Positions 1 through 9,464 of a stretch of DNA of 64,000 nt are shown piece by piece. Source of the DNA: an uncultured virus (IMG/VR IMGVR_UViG_3300006467_000276). Its lineage: Duplodnaviria > Heunggongvirae > Uroviricota > Caudoviricetes. The translations under genes and the position numbers were made by a program. The notes beneath the pieces are model-generated. The model was not told the origin of the DNA and made no database searches. It was given only the letters and a program-made list of their open reading frames with translations. The stretch lies in the IMG/VR virus record IMGVR_UViG_3300006467_000276; one strand, 5' to 3'. The stretch's first letter is position 1. Each line of letters starts with the position of its first letter.

Positions 1-110
1 GTCGGCATCACCGTCGTCGGCATCACCGTCGTCGGCATCACCGTCGTCGGCATCACCGTCGTCGGCATCACCGTCGTCGGCATCACCGTCGTCGGCATCA
101 CCGTCGTCGG
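1..110. repeat. 15-bp tandem repeat GTCGGCATCACCGTC, at least 7 perfect copies (coding)
   Basis: Directly visible; encodes DGDAD on the minus strand. Confidence 0.95.
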
Positions 111-429
111 CAGCCTCCGCTTCTTCCTTCTTACCTTTCTTTCCTCGACGGCCCTTCTTCGGCTTCTCTTTCTGAGCACCTTCGCCGCCGCCTTCGTCAT
201 CTCCAGTAACTTGGATTTCCGTTCCACTTTCCAGCGCAGCGAGAACTTCCACCAAGTCCTTCGCCGTCTGGTCGTCTTCCGGATTTGTACCGGGCTCGTA
301 GACATCACGAGACTTGGCAAGGTTCGCAGCAATTTTCTCGTTCGACCATCCGCTGGCGGTTTTCCAGCCCAGAAAAGAAACCACAGCCAGTGCCCGAACA
401 CGATCCAGCTTCAACACTTCACCGCTCAT
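1..429 (-). CDS. Hypothetical protein, 3'-truncated by the window edge, with a basic patch followed by acidic (DDGDA)n repeats
   Basis: Not in the ORF track. ATG at 429 follows AGAGGGAAG. Reads MSGEVLKLDRV...KPKKGRRGKKGKKEEAEAADDGDADDGDA... with no stop before base 1. Confidence 0.8.
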   Translation of the reverse strand, partial: MSGEVLKLDRVRALAVVSFLGWKTASGWSNEKIAANLAKSRDVYEPGTNPEDDQTAKDLVEVLAALESGTEIQVTGDDEGGGEGAQKEKPKKGRRGKKGKKEEAEAADDGDADDGDADDGDADDGDADDGDADDGDADDGDAD

Positions 430-553
430 CGATCTTCCCTCTTACATAGGAACAGAAACTTTGAAACAGCGGAAACCAACTCCCGCCCCTCTTGTGTACG
501 TCTCCAAGTATTGCTGTTCCTGGAATTAATCGCAACCGGTTTATTCTGCAATT

Positions 554-1930
554 TTACCATTTGCTCAAAACAGCAGGATTTTCAATCTCATAACAACCAG
601 CCACATGAACACACTCTTTGCGATGCCTATCCCGAGCCCGCCGCCGAACTACCCAATTTAGCCTGCACATCTGCTTCTGCCGCTCTTGCTCAGTGACGTT
701 GATGCCTATCATACCGTCCACTTGATCAAGTTTAGTTCGCCGCCCCGTAAAGTGCTGACGTCCCAAAAGAGTATCTGAGCGAGAGTAGCTGATTGCGTTT
801 GATTGGGTTGCTGTAAGCACCAAACAATTCCAATCATGGTGCAGCCGTGTCAGCTGCTTCCAGTTCTCCTCGTGCACATCGTTCTTGTCGTGGACACCAG
901 CCGGGTGGGCTAAAATGTCGGCGTAATCTACTATGACTACATCAGGTTTCCAGCTTTCTCGACTAAACCTGGCCAGAAGAGCATCTATGTCCGCTACCGT
1001 AGCTGAGGAATTGGCATAGGCCATCAACCGGAACGCATCAGTTCCTGCTCTGCAAGCTCTCCTGAACGATCGATAGGCATCAACAGGATCCACCTTACCC
1101 ATCTTGACTGCTTCGTGGGTTACTCTATACTCTTCGTCTATCTTGACTGGATTTCTGCATTTGCCTTCGAAGTCACCAGCCATCGTTGCTCTTTTGGCGA
1201 GCCGCTCAATCACATCCAGTTCTGTGCCATCACCTAAATTGACAAACAGGACTCGATTCCTCTTGCGAACAGCTCGGTACGCAGCATCTACCAACCAAAC
1301 TGTCTTTCCTGTCTTGTTTGGTGCCATGAAAGATACTAGGCGACGCCTCGAAAACATGTCCCCGAAAAAGTCACCTAAATCTCCGGGATAATCAATCAGA
1401 GGCCGTGTTCGAATATTCTCAAGAGCATCGACCCAAATTCCAGGATCATCGACCGGTTCAAAATACGGATCAGGCTTCAAACTCAACGACGGAAGATTTC
1501 TCATCCGATCGATAGCTTCACGGTGCAAACCTTGACTGAGATCTGCTCCCGCTTCTTCGTACTCCCTTTCTGCGACCACCTTGCAGAAATGATTCTCCGC
1601 TAAATCCAAGATGTAATCTTGGTTCCCTTTGACATCTGTCTCAGACAAATCAACCAAAAACCGCTCAACAGCCTGAATCGTTTCTTCATCTGCAGTCGAT
1701 GTTTCTACCCACCTCTCGAATATGACTTGAATATTCTCATTAGGCGGCTGTCCGTATTTCTTGAGATGCTTGACACACCACCACCCAATCAAATTCGCCC
1801 ACCTAGACTGAAACAGCCCAGATCGATCATCCCAGTGAGATGCTATCCGCGAGCAGACAACTGGATCCTGAACCATCGCTGACAGTATCTGACGAACATC
1901 AGATCCATCTGAGAATCTTTGCGTTTTCAT
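554..1930 (-). CDS. DnaB-like (SF4) replicative DNA helicase
   Basis: Walker A APNKTGKT, Walker B VVIVDYAD, LTATQSN motif. Start moved to MKTQR (ATGA overlap with upstream gene). Confidence 0.85.
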   Translation of the reverse strand: MKTQRFSDGSDVRQILSAMVQDPVVCSRIASHWDDRSGLFQSRWANLIGWWCVKHLKKYGQPPNENIQVIFERWVETSTADEETIQAVERFLVDLSETDVKGNQDYILDLAENHFCKVVAEREYEEAGADLSQGLHREAIDRMRNLPSLSLKPDPYFEPVDDPGIWVDALENIRTRPLIDYPGDLGDFFGDMFSRRRLVSFMAPNKTGKTVWLVDAAYRAVRKRNRVLFVNLGDGTELDVIERLAKRATMAGDFEGKCRNPVKIDEEYRVTHEAVKMGKVDPVDAYRSFRRACRAGTDAFRLMAYANSSATVADIDALLARFSRESWKPDVVIVDYADILAHPAGVHDKNDVHEENWKQLTRLHHDWNCLVLTATQSNAISYSRSDTLLGRQHFTGRRTKLDQVDGMIGINVTEQERQKQMCRLNWVVRRRARDRHRKECVHVAGCYEIENPAVLSKW

Positions 1931-2349
1931 CTGAGCCCGTACTGCTCGATTTCGTCCTTGGTACAACCTGCACAATGATACTCAGGCTGTGATTTCTTGA
2001 ACTCAATGTACTCCTGCTCACTCATCCCCATCTCTTCTCGATCCTGCTTTTCAAATCGTCGCACTCGATCCTCTACGCCCATCAGTGGAGGTTCTTTTTC
2101 TGATTCTTTCTGGAACACTCCATCGTCGAGCACATCAAAAAGTTTCTTGATAGAAAAGAAATCAAACTCTCTCAGGTAAACGTCAACTGCCTGAGACAGA
2201 ATGTTTGTAGGTACGTCCTCAAACAACCTCAGAACCCGAATCACATCGCCCGTCTCTTCGATTTTCTTTCCGGTCATCCGGAACCAAAATCTCATCAACT
2301 CAACACGAGCAGCAACTTCTTCTGATTTCTCAAGCAAACCTTCTTGCAT
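1927..2349 (-). CDS. Hypothetical protein, possibly a helicase loader
   Basis: 140-aa ORF between initiator and helicase, translationally coupled. Function is inferred from position. Confidence 0.5.
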   Translation of the reverse strand: MQEGLLEKSEEVAARVELMRFWFRMTGKKIEETGDVIRVLRLFEDVPTNILSQAVDVYLREFDFFSIKKLFDVLDDGVFQKESEKEPPLMGVEDRVRRFEKQDREEMGMSEQEYIEFKKSQPEYHCAGCTKDEIEQYGLR

Positions 2350-2352
2350 AAC

Positions 2353-3459
2353 TCACTCCTGCTCCTGAAGTCTGTCAGCTTCTTCTTGTCGCCGTCTTCG
2401 AGCTGCTGCTCTTGCTTCTTGGTCAGCGCAAACCTGCTTCACCAGCTCAGCTGTCGAAAAACCTTCTCTATTTTTGCTTGACTGCCTCTCGTAACAGGTT
2501 AGCAGCTTTGGAAATTTCTCAACAAACGAAACCGCCGCAAACACCTGAGGAGTGAACTGGTCATGTTCGTTAGACACGAGTCCATCGATGTACCAACTAA
2601 GAACTTCATCGATCAGCTCAATCGAATTATTTGGAGCTCTCAGTAATCGAAGAAAATGCTGAGCCCATCGGTGCAATGATGGTACTTTGGTGATGCGATT
2701 TTTCTGAGCAAGCGCATCGTAGAGTTTCTTTGATGCAGAAGCCGCCCATTCGTCTTCTGGTGATGCTGCTTGCTCTGACTCTTCTTCCACCACTTCAAAT
2801 CCTGCGTATCCCGGAGAATGATACTCAGGCGACGCACCAAGGGAAGGGCCGAAGGACCTGACCCTTTGCGTCCCTGTGCCTTTGTTTCTTTTATCACTTT
2901 CTTTGTATATTGTGCCACCCGTAATATTACGGGTTGGTGGCGTAATATTACGGGTTGCTTCAGCGCAAGGTTGTATACCAACCCGTAGTTTTGTGGTGCT
3001 GGACAAATCTACAGAATCCCTATCAGCATATCCAGACTCTACAAGAAACTCACCAACAGACTCACGCACATGGGCCTCGTTGACTCGGTACCAGTTTAAT
3101 TTACCGCCGGTGCTCGTGGTCTCTGTTCGAATCTCCACAAACCCGAGATCTTGTAGTTTGTTGAGAAATTTACGGATAGTAGTTTCGCTGAGGAACGTAT
3201 CCGCCGCCCAATCTTTGGTGCACCGATAGAACCAATCATGCCCTTTACCGAATCGGCAAGAGTAATGCATCAGCTGGCTAAGTACCACTCCACCTGAGAG
3301 CCCACCCATGAATTTGCAGTACATCTCACGCACCCAGACACCTTTTCCACTATTGGTCTCGGTGTCATAAACCGACCCGGGTGTTCTTTCGGCTTGAGAC
3401 TCATCTAGCCTAGCATGATCGATCATAATCTGCCTCACCAAAGAAAAACCCGCTGACAT
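2353..3459 (-). CDS. Phage replication initiator-like protein with N-terminal winged HTH
   Basis: WFYRCTKDWAADTFLSETTIRKFLNKLQDLGFVE wHTH, low-complexity linker with DNA repeats, upstream of DnaB. Confidence 0.7.
   Translation of the reverse strand: MSAGFSLVRQIMIDHARLDESQAERTPGSVYDTETNSGKGVWVREMYCKFMGGLSGGVVLSQLMHYSCRFGKGHDWFYRCTKDWAADTFLSETTIRKFLNKLQDLGFVEIRTETTSTGGKLNWYRVNEAHVRESVGEFLVESGYADRDSVDLSSTTKLRVGIQPCAEATRNITPPTRNITGGTIYKESDKRNKGTGTQRVRSFGPSLGASPEYHSPGYAGFEVVEEESEQAASPEDEWAASASKKLYDALAQKNRITKVPSLHRWAQHFLRLLRAPNNSIELIDEVLSWYIDGLVSNEHDQFTPQVFAAVSFVEKFPKLLTCYERQSSKNREGFSTAELVKQVCADQEARAAARRRRQEEADRLQEQE
2881..2990. promoter_or_regulatory. Putative replication origin inside the initiator gene (iteron-like palindromes plus AT-rich tract)
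   Basis: Perfect palindrome ACCCGTAATATTACGGGT at 2917-2934, second CGTAATATTACGGGTTG at 2941, partial CCAACCCGTA at 2978, T-rich tract 2881-2911. Confidence 0.55.
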
Positions 3460-3725
3460 CTTGGCACATGTCAGCGGGCAAGGAATCCGTCGGTGCCAGG
3501 CCTTCGCACAAGCCGTATCCGAGCGGGATGTTCTGTTTTAGTACGTCCATGAATGGACTCGCAATGCGAAATTCGGCAAATTTATCAATTCGAGAGGTGC
3601 CAAGCAATCGAATCGACCTGAACTGCCAACGGTATACGTCGGTGCCTGCGGTACCAACCCACCGAACCTGGGCAGTTTACTGTAAATCGAGCAAATCCAC
3701 CCAGATTCGGTAGAAATGGTGCGGA

Positions 3726-4763
3726 TTAACCACGCACCAACCACTGAACTGCATTGGCTAGCGCGTGCTGGGTACGAGCTTGATTCAACCCAAAGAGATT
3801 GGAGTCGACTCGCTTCCAGACTCGAGACTCATCGTCTTTGCCTCGAGCTTTTTTGTCATGCTGGACCATTCCGCTGTAGGCATTCAGAGCACACCACAGG
3901 CTGGCGCCTGCAATTTCCCGTTCATCATCAAATCGACGAGTAAATGACTGGAAGGCACTCACTGCTCGATCTCGAGCATTCTTTTCTTTTCTTGTCTGAG
4001 GATTAGTAGAGACTTCTCCAAAATCCCTAGCATAGCATTCTGAAAAGAATTGCGTCATCTTTTCCGTGTTGACTTGATACTCAAACAACCGACCCATCAA
4101 GTCTTCGGTCTTCTTCATCCGATCGTTGTACGCTCTCAGCGCGAGTCGAGCTTCCTCGATCCTCCCCAAGACACTCTGTGTGTGTCGAACAGAAATCGCA
4201 GCGTCTACCAGTTTACCGGTATCGTATTTCGGTATCACAGAGTGCAGAGTGTTGCTGCACACCACTCTCACTGTTGTCGGTGTGACACGAAAACTGGATT
4301 TCCCGTCATGCCCATTGCTGACCAGGATGTAAGGAACAATCTCGTCGTCCCTGGCCACCTGGAATGTCTCGCCTTTGAGGAGGAACCACACACGCTGGCC
4401 ATTGCGGACACTGCCAGCAGTTTCACACAGAACTGGTTCTCCGCCTTCTGCTGCAGACACTTCACTGAGTGCCTCACAGAATTCAGCCATTTCGACATTC
4501 TGAACAGGACGGTAGTTCGACGAGACTACTCCAAGTTGGTGATTGGTGTCTTCTCGAAAATTTGCAACGTGGGATTCAAAAACGTACTTCGACCCATCGT
4601 TCAGTCGAGTGTACATCGCCTTCTGGGTGACCTTCCAGTCCAGCCCAGCAATCGACAAGGCTTCCTGCGGAGTTGGTGCTTTTTCGACTACAACGCCCAG
4701 GCCGTGCCATGCAGCTTGACGGTGAAGTACAACATTGTCTGTCTTTTCGATTTCGTGAGCCAT
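3726..4763 (-). CDS. DUF932 family phage/plasmid protein
   Basis: AWHGLG...AGLDWKV, YRPVQN, NGHDG, TTVRVVCSNTL, RHT motifs; RBS AAGGA upstream. Confidence 0.85.
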   Translation of the reverse strand: MAHEIEKTDNVVLHRQAAWHGLGVVVEKAPTPQEALSIAGLDWKVTQKAMYTRLNDGSKYVFESHVANFREDTNHQLGVVSSNYRPVQNVEMAEFCEALSEVSAAEGGEPVLCETAGSVRNGQRVWFLLKGETFQVARDDEIVPYILVSNGHDGKSSFRVTPTTVRVVCSNTLHSVIPKYDTGKLVDAAISVRHTQSVLGRIEEARLALRAYNDRMKKTEDLMGRLFEYQVNTEKMTQFFSECYARDFGEVSTNPQTRKEKNARDRAVSAFQSFTRRFDDEREIAGASLWCALNAYSGMVQHDKKARGKDDESRVWKRVDSNLFGLNQARTQHALANAVQWLVRG

Positions 4764-4879
4764 TGCTTCTCATCCTTTCTGGTGCGTTGCTGTGCAACGA
4801 AAACACTCGTTTTCGTTTGTCTGTGCAACACAATATAGGATGAGACACGCAATCTCAACCAAAACAGAACAAATTTATT

Positions 4880-5203
4880 CTATGATCCGAAGGAAAACCC
4901 CACACCACGAGCTATTCGCAGAATTCGCTGTACTCGATAGTGAGTGATCCCCATTTCGATTGCTATCGTGCGGCCAGATTCTCCGCGAAGGAGTCGACGG
5001 AGAATCAACAATTCCTCAGCTAAATAGGCATCGACTTCCGTTTCGGTTTTTCGACTTGGAGCGATCGGCACTCCTCGGCGACGGCAAATGGCGTACACCT
5101 GACTCAAACTCAGATCAAACTTCGCCGCCGCAGCTTTCGCTCCTTCTCTGGATGCCGCCTCGCATAATTCACGGTCCCGCTCTGCGCGTTCAATCTGTTT
5201 CAT
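4880..5203 (-). CDS. Small helix-turn-helix DNA-binding protein
   Basis: Two HTH-like segments (AAAAKFDLSLSQVYAI; GRTIAIEMGITHYRVQRIL). Confidence 0.6.
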   Translation of the reverse strand: MKQIERAERDRELCEAASREGAKAAAAKFDLSLSQVYAICRRRGVPIAPSRKTETEVDAYLAEELLILRRLLRGESGRTIAIEMGITHYRVQRILRIARGVGFSFGS

Positions 5204-6099
5204 AGCCCGAACCTTTTTCTGAGTTCCAGGATTTCTTCTTCATCGGCAGATCCGGGATCGTCTCCAGATTCTAGAATCACATTTTCAGTAATCCCAGGCA
5301 GAGCTGAAAGATCTCGGCACAATGAACGAGCTTGCTTTTGAGCTTCTGGTTCATTGTCGTAGCACACCACCCGAATTGGGTAGGCCGCGGCCTTGGCTAT
5401 CTGCTGAGCAGTAAAGGTGCTGCCAAATGTAGCTACTGCACCTGGGCCGATTGCCCACACGTCAATCGGCCCTTCTGCGATGATGATAGTGTTGACTGCG
5501 TACTGTTCTGCATATAGCAGATGTTTATGCGGCATCCCTTCTTGTTCAGGACTCGCTGAAATATATTTCTGGGCGGCAGTTTCCTCTGATCCAACCGATC
5601 GTGTCGTCCAAGACACCGTCCGACCGAATTTATCAGTGATCGGTATCCACAATCTCCACTGAAGATCTTTTCCTGGACAGGTCCCTTTGACTCCCCAGTA
5701 GGTTTCAATTTCAGCGGGATCAAACCTCCTCGACTTCAGATAATTCCAATAGGCTGGAATGTCTCGAATTCCAAGCAACCCAGAAGGAACTTCCAGTGTT
5801 CCGTGAACTTCACTCTTTGCATATTGCCTGATCTGCGGCAAACCAAGCACAAGCTCTTTGACTTGCTGACGCTTTTGCCGAATCAGCCGAACCAACGACT
5901 CGATGTAGTCCTTTTTGCCGCATGTCCAGCAATTTGCAGAAGGAACGTGTAATCCGAGTCCTAATCGATATCTACGGCTCCCCGGAGAACACCAAGGACA
6001 ATCGACAGACACTCTTCCTCGTGTTGCGTGATGGTGCTGGCCCTGCCTTCGGTAGTCAACTCGGTGCGTATCGAGGATATCAGTCAATGACTGGATCAT
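5200..6099 (-). CDS. DNA primase (Zn finger plus TOPRIM)
   Basis: CPWC...CWTC, IIAEGPIDV, CYDNE, DPG. Start moved to MIQSL (ATGA overlap). Confidence 0.8.
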   Translation of the reverse strand: MIQSLTDILDTHRVDYRRQGQHHHATRGRVSVDCPWCSPGSRRYRLGLGLHVPSANCWTCGKKDYIESLVRLIRQKRQQVKELVLGLPQIRQYAKSEVHGTLEVPSGLLGIRDIPAYWNYLKSRRFDPAEIETYWGVKGTCPGKDLQWRLWIPITDKFGRTVSWTTRSVGSEETAAQKYISASPEQEGMPHKHLLYAEQYAVNTIIIAEGPIDVWAIGPGAVATFGSTFTAQQIAKAAAYPIRVVCYDNEPEAQKQARSLCRDLSALPGITENVILESGDDPGSADEEEILELRKRFGL

Positions 6100-6278
6100 T
6101 TGGATTCTCGCTGATCGTCGACAGCCTTTTGCATCATGCGGATAACGGCCGATTGCATTGTGGTGCCGTTTATCGCACACAGAGCCTTGAACTCGTCTCT
6201 CAGTTTTCTAGGAACTGATCGAAAGTTCATCTGGACTTTATCGCTGGAATTCAACTTGCTGCTACTCGATGTAGTCAC
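6096..6278 (-). CDS. Ribbon-helix-helix (Arc/CopG-like) regulator
   Basis: MNFRSVPRKLRDEFKALCAINGTTMQSAVIRMM pattern; coupled to both neighbours. Confidence 0.65.
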   Translation of the reverse strand: MTTSSSSKLNSSDKVQMNFRSVPRKLRDEFKALCAINGTTMQSAVIRMMQKAVDDQRESK

Positions 6279-7660
6279 GATTGCACTTTCTTTTCCAGCT
6301 CAGCAATGAGCTCATCGTACAGATCAAAGCTATCGACTACCGCCTCTCCGTCTAAAATTGAATCGATAGTCGTTTGCTTCTTTTGGTGTAGTTTGCACAG
6401 CTTCTCTTCAATCGTACCACCTGCAACCAAATACCACACTGTCACTGGATTAATCTGACCAACTCGGTGCGGCCGGTTTTCAGCCTGAAGTAAGTCCGCC
6501 GGTCTCCATCCTAGTTCGACAAACCCAACAGTTGACGCAGCAGTTAGATTCAAACCGACACCAGCTGCTTTGATGTTACCGATGAACACCCGAGTTTTTT
6601 CATCCATCTGAAATTGATCAACTGCAGCCTGGCGATGCTTACCTGTTACGCCGCCGTCGACCCGAACTGATTTGCCTTTGACTCTTCTTTGAAGCACGTC
6701 CAGGGCTTTTTTGTGCACTCCAAAGAGGATGATCTTTTCATCAGTTTCAATAAGAAACTGATTAATCCACTCGACGGCTGCTTTCATCTTCAACCGAGCA
6801 GCTAGACGAATCAAGTACCCGACTTTGACAACCTGCTCCGCTTTTTTGGCTTTCTTCTCTTTTTCTGGGTGAGTTTTCTTCATCCAACCCAGAAAATCTG
6901 TCGAAGCTTGCTTGTACTCTTCTCTATCAGTCAGATCAAGAGGAAGCATTCTCCTGGTTTTAGGCGGCAGAGATTTAAGTACGTCTGCTTTTCGCCGCCG
7001 TACCATCCCAAGAGAAACCAAACGCTGATTCAACTCTTTTAGATTTGATGATCCATTGTAGTCCCAGCCCCAAGGACGAAGCCTAGGACCGCAATAGGAC
7101 ATCTGGTACGATGAAAGATTCGGGAACTCCGATGGCCATAAAAGATTCAAAATGGACCAGAGCTCTCTTGGGCGATTGTTCAGTGGAGTTCCGCTTAGTC
7201 CTAGAATTTGACTGACTGAGCGGCATAATTTTCGGGCGGCTTTGGTTCGCTTTGCCTTTGGATTCTGCAGTGATTGGCACTCATCAAACACTACTGTCTG
7301 GAATTTCACCTTTTTGAGGAGCGGAACCCAGTAATCCAAGATGTCATAATTGATGACAACAACAGCCGGCAAATGCCAAAGAAAATCTTGCACATCTGGT
7401 GGTTTCTGTCCTTCGCAGATCCGAGGACGCACTCCTGTGAATTTTAGCGTTTCTCGAGCCCAGTGGTATTTCACGGACGCGGGACACACTACGAGAACTG
7501 GCTGCCAATCAGGATTACGCGCAACCGCCACCAGAGCCTGGACGGTCTTACCGAGCCCCATCTCATCAGCAAGAAGCACTCGTCCGCCGTACTCACTGAT
7601 CAGCTCGACTCCCTCGGATTGGTAGTCCAGCAATTCCACCGAAGAACATACGTGCATCAA
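6275..7660 (-). CDS. SNF2-family DEAD/H helicase-like ATPase
   Basis: LADEMGLGKT, DECQ, LSGTP, GVGLNL, QAENRPHRVGQ. Confidence 0.92.
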   Translation of the reverse strand: MMHVCSSVELLDYQSEGVELISEYGGRVLLADEMGLGKTVQALVAVARNPDWQPVLVVCPASVKYHWARETLKFTGVRPRICEGQKPPDVQDFLWHLPAVVVINYDILDYWVPLLKKVKFQTVVFDECQSLQNPKAKRTKAARKLCRSVSQILGLSGTPLNNRPRELWSILNLLWPSEFPNLSSYQMSYCGPRLRPWGWDYNGSSNLKELNQRLVSLGMVRRRKADVLKSLPPKTRRMLPLDLTDREEYKQASTDFLGWMKKTHPEKEKKAKKAEQVVKVGYLIRLAARLKMKAAVEWINQFLIETDEKIILFGVHKKALDVLQRRVKGKSVRVDGGVTGKHRQAAVDQFQMDEKTRVFIGNIKAAGVGLNLTAASTVGFVELGWRPADLLQAENRPHRVGQINPVTVWYLVAGGTIEEKLCKLHQKKQTTIDSILDGEAVVDSFDLYDELIAELEKKVQS

Positions 7661-8166
7661 AGACCTCGAGCAGCCAGTAAAGGTTGAACGGCTGCAAGCA
7701 GGCAGCCAGCAGAATCGAGAGGCACCTTAGACTGAACCAGCACCTCAAGCAATCGGCGTTTCAGCATCGTTGCTGATTTGCTGGTCTGGGTCAACCTGCT
7801 CTCAAACCCAGCACAAAAAGCGACCGCATCGAAAAACTCTGACGAGCGGTAGTCCTCAGCCATATCCGCGATAGTCAAGCCTGTTTCAGTGGCTGGTTGT
7901 GTGCAACTGGTACCCCACACCCTTTTTCGGCGAAGCTCTGCATTTCTCAAATCCCGAAGCCGCCGAGTAACACACACCTTTAGATATCCCTCAAAAGGAA
8001 TACCTAAATCTGGGTCGAAAGTCCTCCAAACCTCCAAGAACTTCAAACGAGCTTCGCCGAGTGCCTCATCAAAGTCTCCACCACGTTGTGTGACAAACTG
8101 CCGACATACTGCTTTGAGGAAACCTTCGTGCCTCTCGTACGCTTCCGCTGTTGATTCATCGGCCAT
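7657..8166 (-). CDS. Sigma-70 region 2-like protein (phage sigma factor)
   Basis: DFDEALGEARLKFLEVWRTFDPDLGIPFEGYLKVCVTRRLRD resembles regions 2.2-2.4; no obvious region 4. Confidence 0.65.
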   Translation of the reverse strand: MADESTAEAYERHEGFLKAVCRQFVTQRGGDFDEALGEARLKFLEVWRTFDPDLGIPFEGYLKVCVTRRLRDLRNAELRRKRVWGTSCTQPATETGLTIADMAEDYRSSEFFDAVAFCAGFESRLTQTSKSATMLKRRLLEVLVQSKVPLDSAGCLLAAVQPLLAARGL

Positions 8167-8271
8167 GCTGCACCCCACTGAGCTAAAGGCTATCGATGTA
8201 ACATCCGTAACATCACGCAAGGTAGCAGCAGCCTACCGCAGGTACAACCCAAAACCGTAAAATTCAAATTT

Positions 8272-8571
8272 TTATTGAGTACCTTCCCAGCGGCACTCAG
8301 GCACTCCACCTAAATGATGAACCCACTGATCAAACGCAGCAGAGTCAATGGCCTGCGACCGGCGAATTAATCGCTCAGTTCCATCCTCTCTTCGGCACCT
8401 CAGCAATCCAATACCACCTACCAAAATCGGTTGCACTTTTTCTCTTTTACTTAAATCTCCGACACACCGGACTTCGAGCAAGTCATCCGGCTCGCATTCT
8501 TTTTTGGCTTCCTCTGCCTGCTCCACCGCCCACAAAAGACACCGAACCCACAGAGTCTTAATCCACTTCAT
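8272..8571 (-). CDS. Hypothetical protein
   Basis: 99-aa ORF overlapping the stop of the upstream gene. Confidence 0.6.
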   Translation of the reverse strand: MKWIKTLWVRCLLWAVEQAEEAKKECEPDDLLEVRCVGDLSKREKVQPILVGGIGLLRCRREDGTERLIRRSQAIDSAAFDQWVHHLGGVPECRWEGTQ

Positions 8572-9338
8572 TCTTTATCTCCATGATTGATTTTTCCGCA
8601 GTCCCTGCCGCATCGAGAATGCCGCACTCGATACACATCAGGAATATCTCTGGAAGCCGAGTCCATTCCTGCTTGCCGACGAAAAGCAACATCACACCGA
8701 CACTGCAGAAAATGATCTGACTGCACTGGTTCAGTCCATCCAGAACTATCGAGATACCCTTTCTCCCGACACCACGAACCTTTTACAATCTGAATACCTC
8801 CAATCGGTCGACTCATTTTTCGTAGATAGAAATCTTCTTGCCGAGGAAGGTAGAGTCTTGTCTTAGATGCCTCTTCGATCGATTGGTCGCCTAAGGCATG
8901 TGTCCGGTGCGTGCGCACCTGCTGCGGGTACACCATAGGCACTGCTGCATTCATGCACGCAACCACCGCACGCCGCAAACTGTCACCGTAGAATAGATAG
9001 TCACAGTCGGTAAACCAAACAACATCAGCTGCGGTGGTTTTTGTGATTTGATTTCTGCCGATAGCCCTCCGGAACAACTTTTCTGGAAGGAGTGCGCACA
9101 AACGGACTTCGAAATCAGGCTTCCCTAGATAAAACAAATCAGAAAAGAACTCAATGACCTCGATAGTGCGGTGGTCTGCAGACGACGCACACACGGTGAT
9201 CGACGCTTGTATCTTGGATGTGTCGGCTTCAAGATACAGACTAGTCAGTTGCATGGCGAGTAGATTATGATAGACGGAAACCTCTTCTCCGCTCCAGCAG
9301 TGTGTAACGATCTCCAAAGAAGGTCGATAGGTACTCAT
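8568..9338 (-). CDS. GT-A fold glycosyltransferase (GT2-like)
   Basis: RRAIGRN, VVWFTDCDY (DxD), GGIQIV; RBS GGAGGAG. Confidence 0.7.
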   Translation of the reverse strand: MSTYRPSLEIVTHCWSGEEVSVYHNLLAMQLTSLYLEADTSKIQASITVCASSADHRTIEVIEFFSDLFYLGKPDFEVRLCALLPEKLFRRAIGRNQITKTTAADVVWFTDCDYLFYGDSLRRAVVACMNAAVPMVYPQQVRTHRTHALGDQSIEEASKTRLYLPRQEDFYLRKMSRPIGGIQIVKGSWCREKGYLDSSGWTEPVQSDHFLQCRCDVAFRRQAGMDSASRDIPDVYRVRHSRCGRDCGKINHGDKE

Positions 9339-9370
9339 CTAAACTGCTCCTCCGTTGCTGTGTACACCAA

Positions 9371-9413
9371 AGAAAAAGATGGCAGAGTACCGCAGGACAG
9401 CACACTGCCATCT
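9371..9413 (-). terminator. Rho-independent terminator-like hairpin
   Basis: AGATGGCAG...CTGCCATCT stem followed by TTTTCTTT on the minus strand. Confidence 0.65.
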
Positions 9414-9464
9414 AATTAGATTTCTGATTTGTGGTGACGCAGAATTACTGAGTGACAAATTCTG

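Noticed and set aside
1..110. Tandem repeats here and at 40928-40993 as CRISPR arrays
   Set aside because: The units are 15 bp, contiguous, have no spacers and are in-frame coding repeats; no cas genes are seen.
3538..3744. Small minus-strand ORF between DUF932 and the initiator
   Set aside because: Overlaps the DUF932 end, has no clear RBS and no recognisable motif; more likely a regulatory gap.
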